Shown here: positions 25,101-39,595 of the stretch, one piece after another
Layout: every line of letters begins with the position of its first letter
Position numbering within the stretch: position 1 is the stretch's first letter
Assembly (NCBI GenBank): GCA_002189035.1
Contig: NEEC01000044.1
Span: 1 to 64,000 of the forward strand
Reading direction: 5' to 3'
DNA: 64,000 bases
Source: Utricularia gibba
Lineage: Eukaryota; Plantae; Magnoliophyta
The notes under the pieces: generated by a model
What the model saw: the letters and a program-made list of their open reading frames with translations, nothing else
Told to the model about the DNA's origin: nothing
Databases searched by the model: none
Program-made: the position numbers and the translations under genes

Positions 25101-27188
25101 CACACGCAAGCCTTCAGGTGAATCTACGTGACGATATTCATTCCAAGCTCCGTCGGATAGTGCCACCCTCGATAGCCAGCATATCAATGCTATCTTGACA
25201 GGCTGCTGACGGGAATCGACAGTCCCCGAGCTCACTTTTTGCTACATGGATTTAAAGAAGTTGAGTAGCTTATGTTTGTATGCAGAACACGAGAAGTCCC
25301 CATCCGTCGCAGAAAAGGGGCGTGGATAGATGTGAGTGTTGCCACTCCCTTCTCTATGACCTTAAAATCGTGTATTTGTGTGCTTCTTGCGGTTTGTCTT
25401 CAGACCGGAATGTCCTTCTTCGAGGTTCACTTCATTGTGGTGCACTCGGGTTGTTCCGCTTGTATTTCCTCACGAGAGGAGATACGTTTGTGTCCTCCTT
25501 CACTTCATGGAAAGATGTGGGAGCACGCAGCAGATTATGGAGATTTGAAACAGAACACACATCACGAGGCAACCTAACGACGCAGCAACCAGCCCGACCT
25601 CGGTCTACCTGGAGCACCATCAATGAGCATGGCGTTGGAAGTGGCATACTCTACATGCAAAACGTAACCACCACCTCCTCTGACGTATGCTCGGTTCTCC
25701 TTGTAGGTGGAGTGGATGGTGGTCCCGATGACGCGCCTCCTACATGCACCTCGAACCACGCAGGTAATGCAAGCACACGCAACATCATGCGTCTTCACTC
25801 CACAGCAGGAGGCTCCATGCATGTTTCTAACAGCATCGATCATTCGCTCCCCTTCATTTCGAGCTTCACGAGATGGCTGGAATACCATCGAAACCCTGCA
25901 TATCTTTCCTGGAGCACCCGCCCAAGTGCGACAAAGCTCCTATTTTCTTAGGACATCCGCGTCATGGCCATTCTTCGTCTCAACTTGTTTTCCCAGAGTG
26001 GGCTCGAAGGCGACGATCCGTTAACATGCAGCAAAGGAAGCCAACACTCGCCAACAGAAGGTCACGCTTTGCGGAAACCATGCTCTCTAAAAGGCATTGC
26101 ATAACAATCCGAACGAGCTCACCAGCAGGAACTCAGGGAACGTGAGTTGGGACATGATGAAAGGGAAGTATGAGGCGAATTCGCATTCCAATGTTATCAC
26201 TATTTGCGATCCCAAAATTGAATCAAAAGTTCGTAGCAGAGAGGCTGCAAAAAACTACAGAAATCGGTTCTCGAAGGCCGTACCAGCATTCCAACATGAG
26301 GGGCACACGCAAAGGGATCCTTGGAGCAACAAACGGTGGTACGCATACGCGACCAGGGTTGCGCCCAAAGTCATCGATCCTGGATCGCGGCGTTGTGAAC
26401 GTCGTTTTCACAATCGTGTAGCTGTGTAGAACCATTCAAGCTGTAGAATGCAAGGTGCGCCTACATGTCCGGTGGTTCGAAGGAGCGTTCATCCGCATGA
26501 GGTTTCTGCGAGTCCAAGGGTTGGAATGCAGTCAATTAGCCATGGGAGTAAGAAAAAAACGAACAAGTCGAGAAACCCTCCAAAAGGGCGCGGTGTCTAG
26601 AACACCTCCTTTGAGAATGGAGGGCGGATGGAACTTGCTCCACATGCCGCGAATGGAGATATGCATACGAAAAAACACCAACATCGGGTCACCGACGTCG
26701 TTGCCAAGGAACTCTCTACAAGCACCGTGTGACGACCTCCTTTGCAGCTATTGGATCCCCCTGCGGAGTGTCTCCGTACCTCGAAAAAACGAGCTTTCTA
26801 CGGTAGCTCGTTTTCAGGAGCGCATGGCTCTTGAAACTCAGCACATGGATTCGCAATGATGGCAAGGGAGAGCACGTCCAATGGCGTAGTTACCGCGCCG
26901 CAATCGCATTCGAGGAGAAAAGAAGTTGTTTGGAAAAGAATTGGGCATCAAGGAAGACCGTTCAAATAGGCTCACGAAATTTGGAATTGGAGCAGCAGTA
27001 CGTGTGACTTGTGTTGCTCCACCATTATGTGCGTCGATGGGTGTAGCGTGTTTGCGCAGTTTCACAAGGATACAGGGTGGCGAACAGTAGTTTGCAATAA
27101 GCATGAAGCGGGGGTACCGCTTGTGCACAAAAAGCTATAAAAGCTGTCCTTGTATAATTTCCCATGGGTATGAACCAGGTGCCGGGTT
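25101..27188. repeat. Variant copy 13 (2,088 bp): deletions of 1 bp (~26224), 2 bp (~26559) and 1 bp (G6 to G5, 27110-27114)
   Basis: AATCAAAAG vs AATCCAAAAG; AGAAAAAAACGAAC vs AGAAAAAAAGACGAAC; AAGCGGGGGTACC vs AAGCGGGGGGTACC. The losses sum to 4 bp, matching the next marker at 27189. Confidence 0.95.
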
Positions 27189-29136
27189 CACACGCAAGCC
27201 TTCAGGTGAATCTACGTGACGATATTCATTCCAAGCTCCGTCGGATAGTGCCACCTCGATAGCCAGCATATCAATGCTATCTTGACAGGCTGCTGACGGG
27301 AATCGACAGTCCCCGAGCTCACTTTTTGCTACATGGATTTAAAGAAGTTGAGTAGCTTATGTTTGTATGCAGAACACGAGAAGTCCCCATCCGTCGCAGA
27401 AAAGGGGCGTGGATAGATGTGAGTGTTGCCACTCCCTTCTCTATGACCTTAAAATCGTGTACGCGTTTGTGTCCTCCTTCACTTCATGGAAAGATGTGGG
27501 AGCACGCAGCAGATTATGGAGATTTGAAACAGAACACACATCACGAGGCAACCTAACGACGCAGCAACCAGCCCGACCTCGGTCTACCTGGAGCACCATC
27601 AATGAGCATGGCGTTGGAAGTGGCATACTCTACATGCAAAACGTAACCACCACCTCCTCTGACGTATGCTCGGTTCTCCTTGTAGGTGGAGTGGATGGTG
27701 GTCCCGATGACGCGCCTCCTACATGCACCTCGAACCACGCAGGTAATGCAAGCACACGCAACATCATGCGTCTTCACTCCACAGCAGGAGGCTCCATGCA
27801 TGTTTCTAACAGCATCGATCATTCGCTCCCCTTCATTTCGAGCTTCACGAGATGGCTGGAATACCATCGAAACCTGCATATCTTTCCTGGAGCACCCGCC
27901 CAAGTGCGACAAAGCTCCTATTTTCTTAGGACATCCGCGTCATGGCCATTCTTCGTCTCAACTTGTTTTCCCAGAGTGGGCTCGAAGGCGACGATCCGTT
28001 AACATGCAGCAAAGGAAGCCAACACTCGCCAACAGAAGGTCACGCTTTGCGGAAACCATGCTCTCTAAAAGGCATTGCATAACAATCCGAACGAGCTCAC
28101 CAGCAGGAACTCAGGGAACGTGAGTTGGGACATGATGAAAGGGAAGTATGAGGCGAATTCGCATTCCAATGTTATCACTATTTGCGATCCCAAAATTGAA
28201 TCTTCGTAGCAGAGAGGCTGCAAAAAACTACAGAAATCGGTTCTCGAAGGCCGTACCAGCATTCCAACATGCACACGCAAAGGGATCCTTGGAGCAACAA
28301 ACGGTGGTACGCATACGCGACCAGGGTTGCGCCCAAAGTCATCGATCCTGGATCGCGGCGTTGTGAACGTCGTTTTCACAATCGTGTAGCTGTGTAGAAC
28401 CATTCAAGCTGTAGAATGCAAGGTGCGCCTACATGTCCGGTGGTTCGAAGGAGCGTTCGATGAGGTTTCTGCGAGTCCAAGGGTTGGAATGCAGTCAATT
28501 AGCCATCGAACAAGTCGAGAAACCCTCCAAAAGGGCGCGGTGTCTAGAACACCTCCTTTGAGAATGGAGGGCGGATGGAACTTGCTCCACATGCCGCGAA
28601 TGGAGATATGCATACGAAAAAACACCAACATCGGGTCACCGACGTCGTTGCCAAGGAACTCTCTACAAGCACCGTGTGACGACCTCCTTTGCAGCTATTG
28701 GATCCCCCTGCGGAGTGTCTCCGTACCTCGAAAAAACGAGCTTTCTACGGTAGCTCGTTTTCAGGAGCGCATGGCTCTTGAAACTCAGCACATGGATTCG
28801 CAATGATGGCAAGGGAGAGCACGTCCAATGGCGTAGTTACCGCGCCGCAATCGCATTCGAGGAGAAAAGAAGTTGTTTGGAAAAGAATTGGGCATCAAGG
28901 AAGACCGTTCAAATAGGCTCACGAAATTTGGAATTGGAGCAGCAGTACGTGTGACTTGTGTTGCTCCACCATTATGTGCGTCGATGGGTGTAGCGTGTTT
29001 GCGCAGTTTCACAAGGATACAGGGTGGCGAACAGTAGTTTGCAATAAGCATGAAGCGGGGGGTACCGCTTGTGCACAAAAAGCTATAAAAGCTGTCCTTG
29101 TATAATTTCCCATGGGTATGAACCAGGTGCCGGGTT
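27189..29136. repeat. Variant copy 14 (1,948 bp): seven deletion sites totalling 144 bp
   Basis: Net losses are 1 (~27254), 108 (~27461-27464), 1 (~27873), 6 (28202/28203), 5 (~28271), 5 (~28459) and 18 (28506/28507). They sum to 144, matching the next marker at 29137. Confidence 0.95.
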
Positions 29137-32100
29137 CACACGCAAGCCTTCAGGTGAATCTACGTGACGATATTCATTCCAAGCTCCGTCGGATAGTGCC
29201 ACCCTCGATAGCCAGCATATCAATGCTATCTTGACAGGCTGCTGACGGGAATCGACAGTCCCCGAGCTCACTTTTTGCTACATGGATTTAAAGAAGTTGA
29301 GTAGCTTATGTTTGTATGCAGAACACGAGAAGTCCCCATCCGTCGCAGAAAAGGGGCGTGGATAGATGTGAGTGTTGCCACTCCCTTCTCTATGACCTTA
29401 AAATCGTGTATTTGTGTGCTTCTTGCGGTTTGTCTTCAGACCGGAATGTCCTTCTTCGAGGTTCACTTCATTGTGGTGCACTCGGGTTGTTCCGCTTGTA
29501 TTTCCTCACGAGAGGAGATACGTTTGTGTCCTCCTTCACTTCATGGAAAGATGTGGGAGCACGCAGCAGATTATGGAGATTTGAAACAGAACACACATCA
29601 CGAGGCAACCTAACGACGCAGCAACCAGCCCGACCTCGGTCTACCTGGAGCACCATCAATGAGCATGGCGTTGGAAGTGGCATACTCTACATGCAAAACG
29701 TAACCACCACCTCCTCTGACGTATGCTCGGTTCTCCTTGTAGGTGGAGTGGATGGTGGTCCCGATGACGCGCCTCCTACATGCACCTCGAACCACGCAGG
29801 TAATGCAAGCACACGCAACATCATGCGTCTTCACTCCACAGCAGGAGGCTCCATGCATGTTTCTAACAGCATCGATCATTCGCTCCCCTTCATTTCGAGC
29901 TTCACGAGATGGCTGGAATACCATCGAAACCCTGCATATCTTTCCTGGAGCACCCGCCCAAGTGCGACAAAGCTCCTATTTTCTTAGGACATCCGCGTCA
30001 TGGCCATTCTTCGTCTCAACTTGTTTTCCCAGAGTGGGCTCGAAGGCGACGATCCGTTAACATGCAGCAAAGGAAGCCAACACTCGCCAACAGAAGGTCA
30101 CGCTTTGCGGAAACCATGCTCTCTAAAAGGCATTGCATAACAATCCGAACGAGCTCACCAGCAGGAACTCAGGGAACGTGAGTTGGGACATGATGAAAGG
30201 GAAGTATGAGGCGAATTCGCATTCCAATGTTATCACTATTTGCGATCCCAAAATTGAATCCAAAAGTTCGTAGCAGAGAGGCTGCAAAAAACTACAGAAA
30301 TCGGTTCTCGAAGGCCGTACCAGCATTCCAACATGAGGGGCACACGCAAAGGGATCCTTGGAGCAACAAACGGTGGTACGCATACGCGACCAGGGTTGCG
30401 CCCAAAGTCATCGATCCTGGATCGCGGCGTTGTGAACGTCGTTTTCACAATCGTGTAGCTGTGTAGAACCATTCAAGCTGTAGAATGCAAGGTGCGCCTA
30501 CATGTCCGGTGGTTCGAAGGAGCGTTCATCCGCATGAGGTTTCTGCGAGTCCAAGGGTTGGAATGCAGTCAATTAGCCATGGGAGTAAGAAAAAAAGACG
30601 AACAAGTCGAGAAACCCTCCAAAAGGGCGCGGTGTCTAGAACACCTCCTTTGAGAATGGAGGGCGGATGGAACTTGCTCCACATGCCGCGAATGGAGATA
30701 TGCATACGAAAAAACACCAACATCGGGTCACCGACGTCGTTGCCAAGGAACTCTCTACAAGCACCGTGTGACGACCTCCTTTGCAGCTATTGGATCCCCC
30801 TGCGGAGTGTCTCCGTACCTCGAAAAAACGAGCTTTCTACGGTAGCTCGTTTTCAGGAGCGCATGGCTCTTGAAACTCAGCACATGGATTCGCAATGATG
30901 GCAAGGGAGAGCACGTCCAATGGCGTAGTTACCGCGCCGCAATCGCATTCGAGGAGAAAAGAAGTTGTTTGGAAAAGAATTGGGCATCAAGGAAGACCGT
31001 TCAAATAGGCTCACGAAATTTGGAATTGGAGCAGCAGTACGTGTGACTTGTGTTGCTCCACCATTATGTGCGTCGATGGGTGTAGCGTGTTTGCGCAGTT
31101 TCACAAGGATACAGGGTGGCGAACAGTAGTTTGCAATAAGCATGAAGCGGGGGGTACCGCTTGTGCACAAAAAGCTATAAAAGCTGTCCTTGTATAATTT
31201 CCCATGGGTATGAACCAGGTGCCGGGTTCACACGCAAGCCTTCAGGTGAATCTACGTGACGATATTCATTCCAAGCTCCGTCGGATAGTGCCACCCTCGA
31301 TAGCCAGCATATCAATGCTATCTTGACAGGCTGCTGACGGGAATCGACAGTCCCCGAGCTCACTTTTTGCTACATGGATTTAAAGAAGTTGAGTAGCTTA
31401 TGTTTGTATGCAGAACACGAGAAGTCCCCATCCGTCGCAGAAAAGGGGCGTGGATAGATGTGAGTGTTGCCACTCCCTTCTCTATGACCTTAAAATCGTG
31501 TATTTGTGTGCTTCTTGCGGTTTGTCTTCAGACCGGAATGTCCTTCTTCGAGGTTCACTTCATTGTGGTGCACTCGGGTTGTTCCGCTTGTATTTCCTCA
31601 CGAGAGGAGATACGTTTGTGTCCTCCTTCACTTCATGGAAAGATGTGGGAGCACGCAGCAGATTATGGAGATTTGAAACAGAACACACATCACGAGGCAA
31701 CCTAACGACGCAGCAACCAGCCCGACCTCGGTCTACCTGGAGCACCATCAATGAGCATGGCGTTGGAAGTGGCATACTCTACATGCAAAACGTAACCACC
31801 ACCTCCTCTGACGTATGCTCGGTTCTCCTTGTAGGTGGAGTGGATGGTGGTCCCGATGACGCGCCTCCTACATGCACCTCGAACCACGCAGGTAATGCAA
31901 GCACACGCAACATCATGCGTCTTCACTCCACAGCAGGAGGCTCCATGCATGTTTCTAACAGCATCGATCATTCGCTCCCCTTCATTTCGAGCTTCACGAG
32001 ATGGCTGGAATACCATCGAAACCCTGCATATCTTTCCTGGAGCACCCGCCCAAGTGCGACAAAGCTCCTATTTTCTTAGGACATCCGCGTCATGGCCATT

Positions 32101-35100
32101 CTTCGTCTCAACTTGTTTTCCCAGAGTGGGCTCGAAGGCGACGATCCGTTAACATGCAGCAAAGGAAGCCAACACTCGCCAACAGAAGGTCACGCTTTGC
32201 GGAAACCATGCTCTCTAAAAGGCATTGCATAACAATCCGAACGAGCTCACCAGCAGGAACTCAGGGAACGTGAGTTGGGACATGATGAAAGGGAAGTATG
32301 AGGCGAATTCGCATTCCAATGTTATCACTATTTGCGATCCCAAAATTGAATCCAAAAGTTCGTAGCAGAGAGGCTGCAAAAAACTACAGAAATCGGTTCT
32401 CGAAGGCCGTACCAGCATTCCAACATGAGGGGCACACGCAAAGGGATCCTTGGAGCAACAAACGGTGGTACGCATACGCGACCAGGGTTGCGCCCAAAGT
32501 CATCGATCCTGGATCGCGGCGTTGTGAACGTCGTTTTCACAATCGTGTAGCTGTGTAGAACCATTCAAGCTGTAGAATGCAAGGTGCGCCTACATGTCCG
32601 GTGGTTCGAAGGAGCGTTCATCCGCATGAGGTTTCTGCGAGTCCAAGGGTTGGAATGCAGTCAATTAGCCATGGGAGTAAGAAAAAAAGACGAACAAGTC
32701 GAGAAACCCTCCAAAAGGGCGCGGTGTCTAGAACACCTCCTTTGAGAATGGAGGGCGGATGGAACTTGCTCCACATGCCGCGAATGGAGATATGCATACG
32801 AAAAAACACCAACATCGGGTCACCGACGTCGTTGCCAAGGAACTCTCTACAAGCACCGTGTGACGACCTCCTTTGCAGCTATTGGATCCCCCTGCGGAGT
32901 GTCTCCGTACCTCGAAAAAACGAGCTTTCTACGGTAGCTCGTTTTCAGGAGCGCATGGCTCTTGAAACTCAGCACATGGATTCGCAATGATGGCAAGGGA
33001 GAGCACGTCCAATGGCGTAGTTACCGCGCCGCAATCGCATTCGAGGAGAAAAGAAGTTGTTTGGAAAAGAATTGGGCATCAAGGAAGACCGTTCAAATAG
33101 GCTCACGAAATTTGGAATTGGAGCAGCAGTACGTGTGACTTGTGTTGCTCCACCATTATGTGCGTCGATGGGTGTAGCGTGTTTGCGCAGTTTCACAAGG
33201 ATACAGGGTGGCGAACAGTAGTTTGCAATAAGCATGAAGCGGGGGGTACCGCTTGTGCACAAAAAGCTATAAAAGCTGTCCTTGTATAATTTCCCATGGG
33301 TATGAACCAGGTGCCGGGTTCACACGCAAGCCTTCAGGTGAATCTACGTGACGATATTCATTCCAAGCTCCGTCGGATAGTGCCACCCTCGATAGCCAGC
33401 ATATCAATGCTATCTTGACAGGCTGCTGACGGGAATCGACAGTCCCCGAGCTCACTTTTTGCTACATGGATTTAAAGAAGTTGAGTAGCTTATGTTTGTA
33501 TGCAGAACACGAGAAGTCCCCATCCGTCGCAGAAAAGGGGCGTGGATAGATGTGAGTGTTGCCACTCCCTTCTCTATGACCTTAAAATCGTGTATTTGTG
33601 TGCTTCTTGCGGTTTGTCTTCAGACCGGAATGTCCTTCTTCGAGGTTCACTTCATTGTGGTGCACTCGGGTTGTTCCGCTTGTATTTCCTCACGAGAGGA
33701 GATACGTTTGTGTCCTCCTTCACTTCATGGAAAGATGTGGGAGCACGCAGCAGATTATGGAGATTTGAAACAGAACACACATCACGAGGCAACCTAACGA
33801 CGCAGCAACCAGCCCGACCTCGGTCTACCTGGAGCACCATCAATGAGCATGGCGTTGGAAGTGGCATACTCTACATGCAAAACGTAACCACCACCTCCTC
33901 TGACGTATGCTCGGTTCTCCTTGTAGGTGGAGTGGATGGTGGTCCCGATGACGCGCCTCCTACATGCACCTCGAACCACGCAGGTAATGCAAGCACACGC
34001 AACATCATGCGTCTTCACTCCACAGCAGGAGGCTCCATGCATGTTTCTAACAGCATCGATCATTCGCTCCCCTTCATTTCGAGCTTCACGAGATGGCTGG
34101 AATACCATCGAAACCCTGCATATCTTTCCTGGAGCACCCGCCCAAGTGCGACAAAGCTCCTATTTTCTTAGGACATCCGCGTCATGGCCATTCTTCGTCT
34201 CAACTTGTTTTCCCAGAGTGGGCTCGAAGGCGACGATCCGTTAACATGCAGCAAAGGAAGCCAACACTCGCCAACAGAAGGTCACGCTTTGCGGAAACCA
34301 TGCTCTCTAAAAGGCATTGCATAACAATCCGAACGAGCTCACCAGCAGGAACTCAGGGAACGTGAGTTGGGACATGATGAAAGGGAAGTATGAGGCGAAT
34401 TCGCATTCCAATGTTATCACTATTTGCGATCCCAAAATTGAATCCAAAAGTTCGTAGCAGAGAGGCTGCAAAAAACTACAGAAATCGGTTCTCGAAGGCC
34501 GTACCAGCATTCCAACATGAGGGGCACACGCAAAGGGATCCTTGGAGCAACAAACGGTGGTACGCATACGCGACCAGGGTTGCGCCCAAAGTCATCGATC
34601 CTGGATCGCGGCGTTGTGAACGTCGTTTTCACAATCGTGTAGCTGTGTAGAACCATTCAAGCTGTAGAATGCAAGGTGCGCCTACATGTCCGGTGGTTCG
34701 AAGGAGCGTTCATCCGCATGAGGTTTCTGCGAGTCCAAGGGTTGGAATGCAGTCAATTAGCCATGGGAGTAAGAAAAAAAGACGAACAAGTCGAGAAACC
34801 CTCCAAAAGGGCGCGGTGTCTAGAACACCTCCTTTGAGAATGGAGGGCGGATGGAACTTGCTCCACATGCCGCGAATGGAGATATGCATACGAAAAAACA
34901 CCAACATCGGGTCACCGACGTCGTTGCCAAGGAACTCTCTACAAGCACCGTGTGACGACCTCCTTTGCAGCTATTGGATCCCCCTGCGGAGTGTCTCCGT
35001 ACCTCGAAAAAACGAGCTTTCTACGGTAGCTCGTTTTCAGGAGCGCATGGCTCTTGAAACTCAGCACATGGATTCGCAATGATGGCAAGGGAGAGCACGT

Positions 35101-37504
35101 CCAATGGCGTAGTTACCGCGCCGCAATCGCATTCGAGGAGAAAAGAAGTTGTTTGGAAAAGAATTGGGCATCAAGGAAGACCGTTCAAATAGGCTCACGA
35201 AATTTGGAATTGGAGCAGCAGTACGTGTGACTTGTGTTGCTCCACCATTATGTGCGTCGATGGGTGTAGCGTGTTTGCGCAGTTTCACAAGGATACAGGG
35301 TGGCGAACAGTAGTTTGCAATAAGCATGAAGCGGGGGGTACCGCTTGTGCACAAAAAGCTATAAAAGCTGTCCTTGTATAATTTCCCATGGGTATGAACC
35401 AGGTGCCGGGTTCACACGCAAGCCTTCAGGTGAATCTACGTGACGATATTCATTCCAAGCTCCGTCGGATAGTGCCACCCTCGATAGCCAGCATATCAAT
35501 GCTATCTTGACAGGCTGCTGACGGGAATCGACAGTCCCCGAGCTCACTTTTTGCTACATGGATTTAAAGAAGTTGAGTAGCTTATGTTTGTATGCAGAAC
35601 ACGAGAAGTCCCCATCCGTCGCAGAAAAGGGGCGTGGATAGATGTGAGTGTTGCCACTCCCTTCTCTATGACCTTAAAATCGTGTATTTGTGTGCTTCTT
35701 GCGGTTTGTCTTCAGACCGGAATGTCCTTCTTCGAGGTTCACTTCATTGTGGTGCACTCGGGTTGTTCCGCTTGTATTTCCTCACGAGAGGAGATACGTT
35801 TGTGTCCTCCTTCACTTCATGGAAAGATGTGGGAGCACGCAGCAGATTATGGAGATTTGAAACAGAACACACATCACGAGGCAACCTAACGACGCAGCAA
35901 CCAGCCCGACCTCGGTCTACCTGGAGCACCATCAATGAGCATGGCGTTGGAAGTGGCATACTCTACATGCAAAACGTAACCACCACCTCCTCTGACGTAT
36001 GCTCGGTTCTCCTTGTAGGTGGAGTGGATGGTGGTCCCGATGACGCGCCTCCTACATGCACCTCGAACCACGCAGGTAATGCAAGCACACGCAACATCAT
36101 GCGTCTTCACTCCACAGCAGGAGGCTCCATGCATGTTTCTAACAGCATCGATCATTCGCTCCCCTTCATTTCGAGCTTCACGAGATGGCTGGAATACCAT
36201 CGAAACCCTGCATATCTTTCCTGGAGCACCCGCCCAAGTGCGACAAAGCTCCTATTTTCTTAGGACATCCGCGTCATGGCCATTCTTCGTCTCAACTTGT
36301 TTTCCCAGAGTGGGCTCGAAGGCGACGATCCGTTAACATGCAGCAAAGGAAGCCAACACTCGCCAACAGAAGGTCACGCTTTGCGGAAACCATGCTCTCT
36401 AAAAGGCATTGCATAACAATCCGAACGAGCTCACCAGCAGGAACTCAGGGAACGTGAGTTGGGACATGATGAAAGGGAAGTATGAGGCGAATTCGCATTC
36501 CAATGTTATCACTATTTGCGATCCCAAAATTGAATCCAAAAGTTCGTAGCAGAGAGGCTGCAAAAAACTACAGAAATCGGTTCTCGAAGGCCGTACCAGC
36601 ATTCCAACATGAGGGGCACACGCAAAGGGATCCTTGGAGCAACAAACGGTGGTACGCATACGCGACCAGGGTTGCGCCCAAAGTCATCGATCCTGGATCG
36701 CGGCGTTGTGAACGTCGTTTTCACAATCGTGTAGCTGTGTAGAACCATTCAAGCTGTAGAATGCAAGGTGCGCCTACATGTCCGGTGGTTCGAAGGAGCG
36801 TTCATCCGCATGAGGTTTCTGCGAGTCCAAGGGTTGGAATGCAGTCAATTAGCCATGGGAGTAAGAAAAAAAGACGAACAAGTCGAGAAACCCTCCAAAA
36901 GGGCGCGGTGTCTAGAACACCTCCTTTGAGAATGGAGGGCGGATGGAACTTGCTCCACATGCCGCGAATGGAGATATGCATACGAAAAAACACCAACATC
37001 GGGTCACCGACGTCGTTGCCAAGGAACTCTCTACAAGCACCGTGTGACGACCTCCTTTGCAGCTATTGGATCCCCCTGCGGAGTGTCTCCGTACCTCGAA
37101 AAAACGAGCTTTCTACGGTAGCTCGTTTTCAGGAGCGCATGGCTCTTGAAACTCAGCACATGGATTCGCAATGATGGCAAGGGAGAGCACGTCCAATGGC
37201 GTAGTTACCGCGCCGCAATCGCATTCGAGGAGAAAAGAAGTTGTTTGGAAAAGAATTGGGCATCAAGGAAGACCGTTCAAATAGGCTCACGAAATTTGGA
37301 ATTGGAGCAGCAGTACGTGTGACTTGTGTTGCTCCACCATTATGTGCGTCGATGGGTGTAGCGTGTTTGCGCAGTTTCACAAGGATACAGGGTGGCGAAC
37401 AGTAGTTTGCAATAAGCATGAAGCGGGGGGTACCGCTTGTGCACAAAAAGCTATAAAAGCTGTCCTTGTATAATTTCCCATGGGTATGAACCAGGTGCCG
37501 GGTT

Positions 37505-39595
37505 CACACGCAAGCCTTCAGGTGAATCTACGTGACGATATTCATTCCAAGCTCCGTCGGATAGTGCCACCCTCGATAGCCAGCATATCAATGCTATCTT
37601 GACAGGCTGCTGACGGGAATCGACAGTCCCCGAGCTCACTTTTTGCTACATGGATTTAAAGAAGTTGAGTAGCTTATGTTTGTATGCAGAACACGAGAAG
37701 TCCCCATCCGTCGCAGAAAAGGGGCGTGGATAGATGTGAGTGTTGCCACTCCCTTCTCTATGACCTTAAAATCGTGTATTTGTGTGCTTCTTGCGGTTTG
37801 TCTTCAGACCGGAATGTCCTTCTTCGAGGTTCACTTCATTGTGGTGCACTCGGGTTGTTCCGCTTGTATTTCCTCACGAGAGGAGATACGTTTGTGTCCT
37901 CCTTCACTTCATGGAAAGATGTGGGAGCACGCAGCAGATTATGGAGATTTGAAACAGAACACACATCACGAGGCAACCTAACGACGCAGCAACCAGCCCG
38001 ACCTCGGTCTACCTGGAGCACCATCAATGAGCATGGCGTTGGAAGTGGCATACTCTACATGCAAAACGTAACCACCACCTCCTCTGACGTATGCTCGGTT
38101 CTCCTTGTAGGTGGAGTGGATGGTGGTCCCGATGACGCGCCTCCTACATGCACCTCGAACCACGCAGGTAATGCAAGCACACGCAACATCATGCGTCTTC
38201 ACTCCACAGCAGGAGGCTCCATGCATGTTTCTAACAGCATCGATCATTCGCTCCCCTTCATTTCGAGCTTCACGAGATGGCTGGAATACCATCGAAACCC
38301 TGCATATCTTTCCTGGAGCACCCGCCCAAGTGCGACAAAGCTCCTATTTTCTTAGGACATCCGCGTCATGGCCATTCTTCGTCTCAACTTGTTTTCCCAG
38401 AGTGGGCTCGAAGGCGACGATCCGTTAACATGCAGCAAAGGAAGCCAACACTCGCCAACAGAAGGTCACGCTTTGCGGAAACCATGCTCTCTAAAAGGCA
38501 TTGCATAACAATCCGAACGAGCTCACCAGCAGGAACTCAGGGAACGTGAGTTGGGACATGATGAAAGGGAAGTATGAGGCGAATTCGCATTCCAATGTTA
38601 TCACTATTTGCGATCCCAAAATTGAATCCAAAAGTTCGTAGCAGAGAGGCTGCAAAAAACTACAGAAATCGGTTCTCGAAGGCCGTACCAGCATTCCAAC
38701 ATGAGGGGCACACGCAAAGGGATCCTTGGAGCAACAAACGGTGGTACGCATACGCGACCAGGGTTGCGCCCAAAGTCATCGATCCTGGATCGCGGCGTTG
38801 TGAACGTCGTTTTCACAATCGTGTAGCTGTGTAGAACCATTCAAGCTGTAGAATGCAAGGTGCGCCTACATGTCCGGTGGTTCGAAGGAGCGTTCATCCG
38901 CATGAGGTTTCTGCGAGTCCAAGGGTTGGAATGCAGTCAATTAGCCATGGGAGTAAGAAAAAAAGACGAACAAGTCGAGAAACCCTCCAAAAGGGCGCGG
39001 TGTCTAGAACACCTCCTTTGAGAATGGAGGGCGGATGGAACTTGCTCCACATGCCGCGAATGGAGATATGCATACGAAAAAACACCAACATCGGGTCACC
39101 GACGTCGTTGCCAAGGAACTCTCTACAAGCACCGTGTGACGACCTCCTTTGCAGCTATTGGATCCCCCTGCGGAGTGTCTCCGTACCTCGAAAAAACGAG
39201 CTTTCTACGGTAGCTCGTTTTCAGGAGCGCATGGCTCTTGAAACTCAGCACATGGATTCGCAATGATGGCAAGGGAGAGCACGTCCAATGGCGTAGTTAC
39301 CGCGCCGCAATCGCATTCGAGGAGAAAAGAAGTTGTTTGGAAAAGAATTGGGCATCAAGGAAGACCGTTCAAATAGGCTCACGAAATTTGGAATTGGAGC
39401 AGCAGTACGTGTGACTTGTGTTGCTCCACCATTATGTGCGTCGATGGGTGTAGCGTGTTTGCGCAGTTTCACAAGGATACAGGGTGGCGAACAGTAGTTT
39501 GCAATAAGCATGAAGCGGGGGTACCGCTTGTGCACAAAAAGCTATAAAAGCTGTCCTTGTATAATTTCCCATGGGTATGAACCAGGTGCCGGGTT
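37505..39595. repeat. Variant copy 19 (2,091 bp): G6 to G5 at 39517-39521
   Basis: AAGCGGGGGTACC; the downstream ORF track shifts by 1 bp. Confidence 0.95.
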
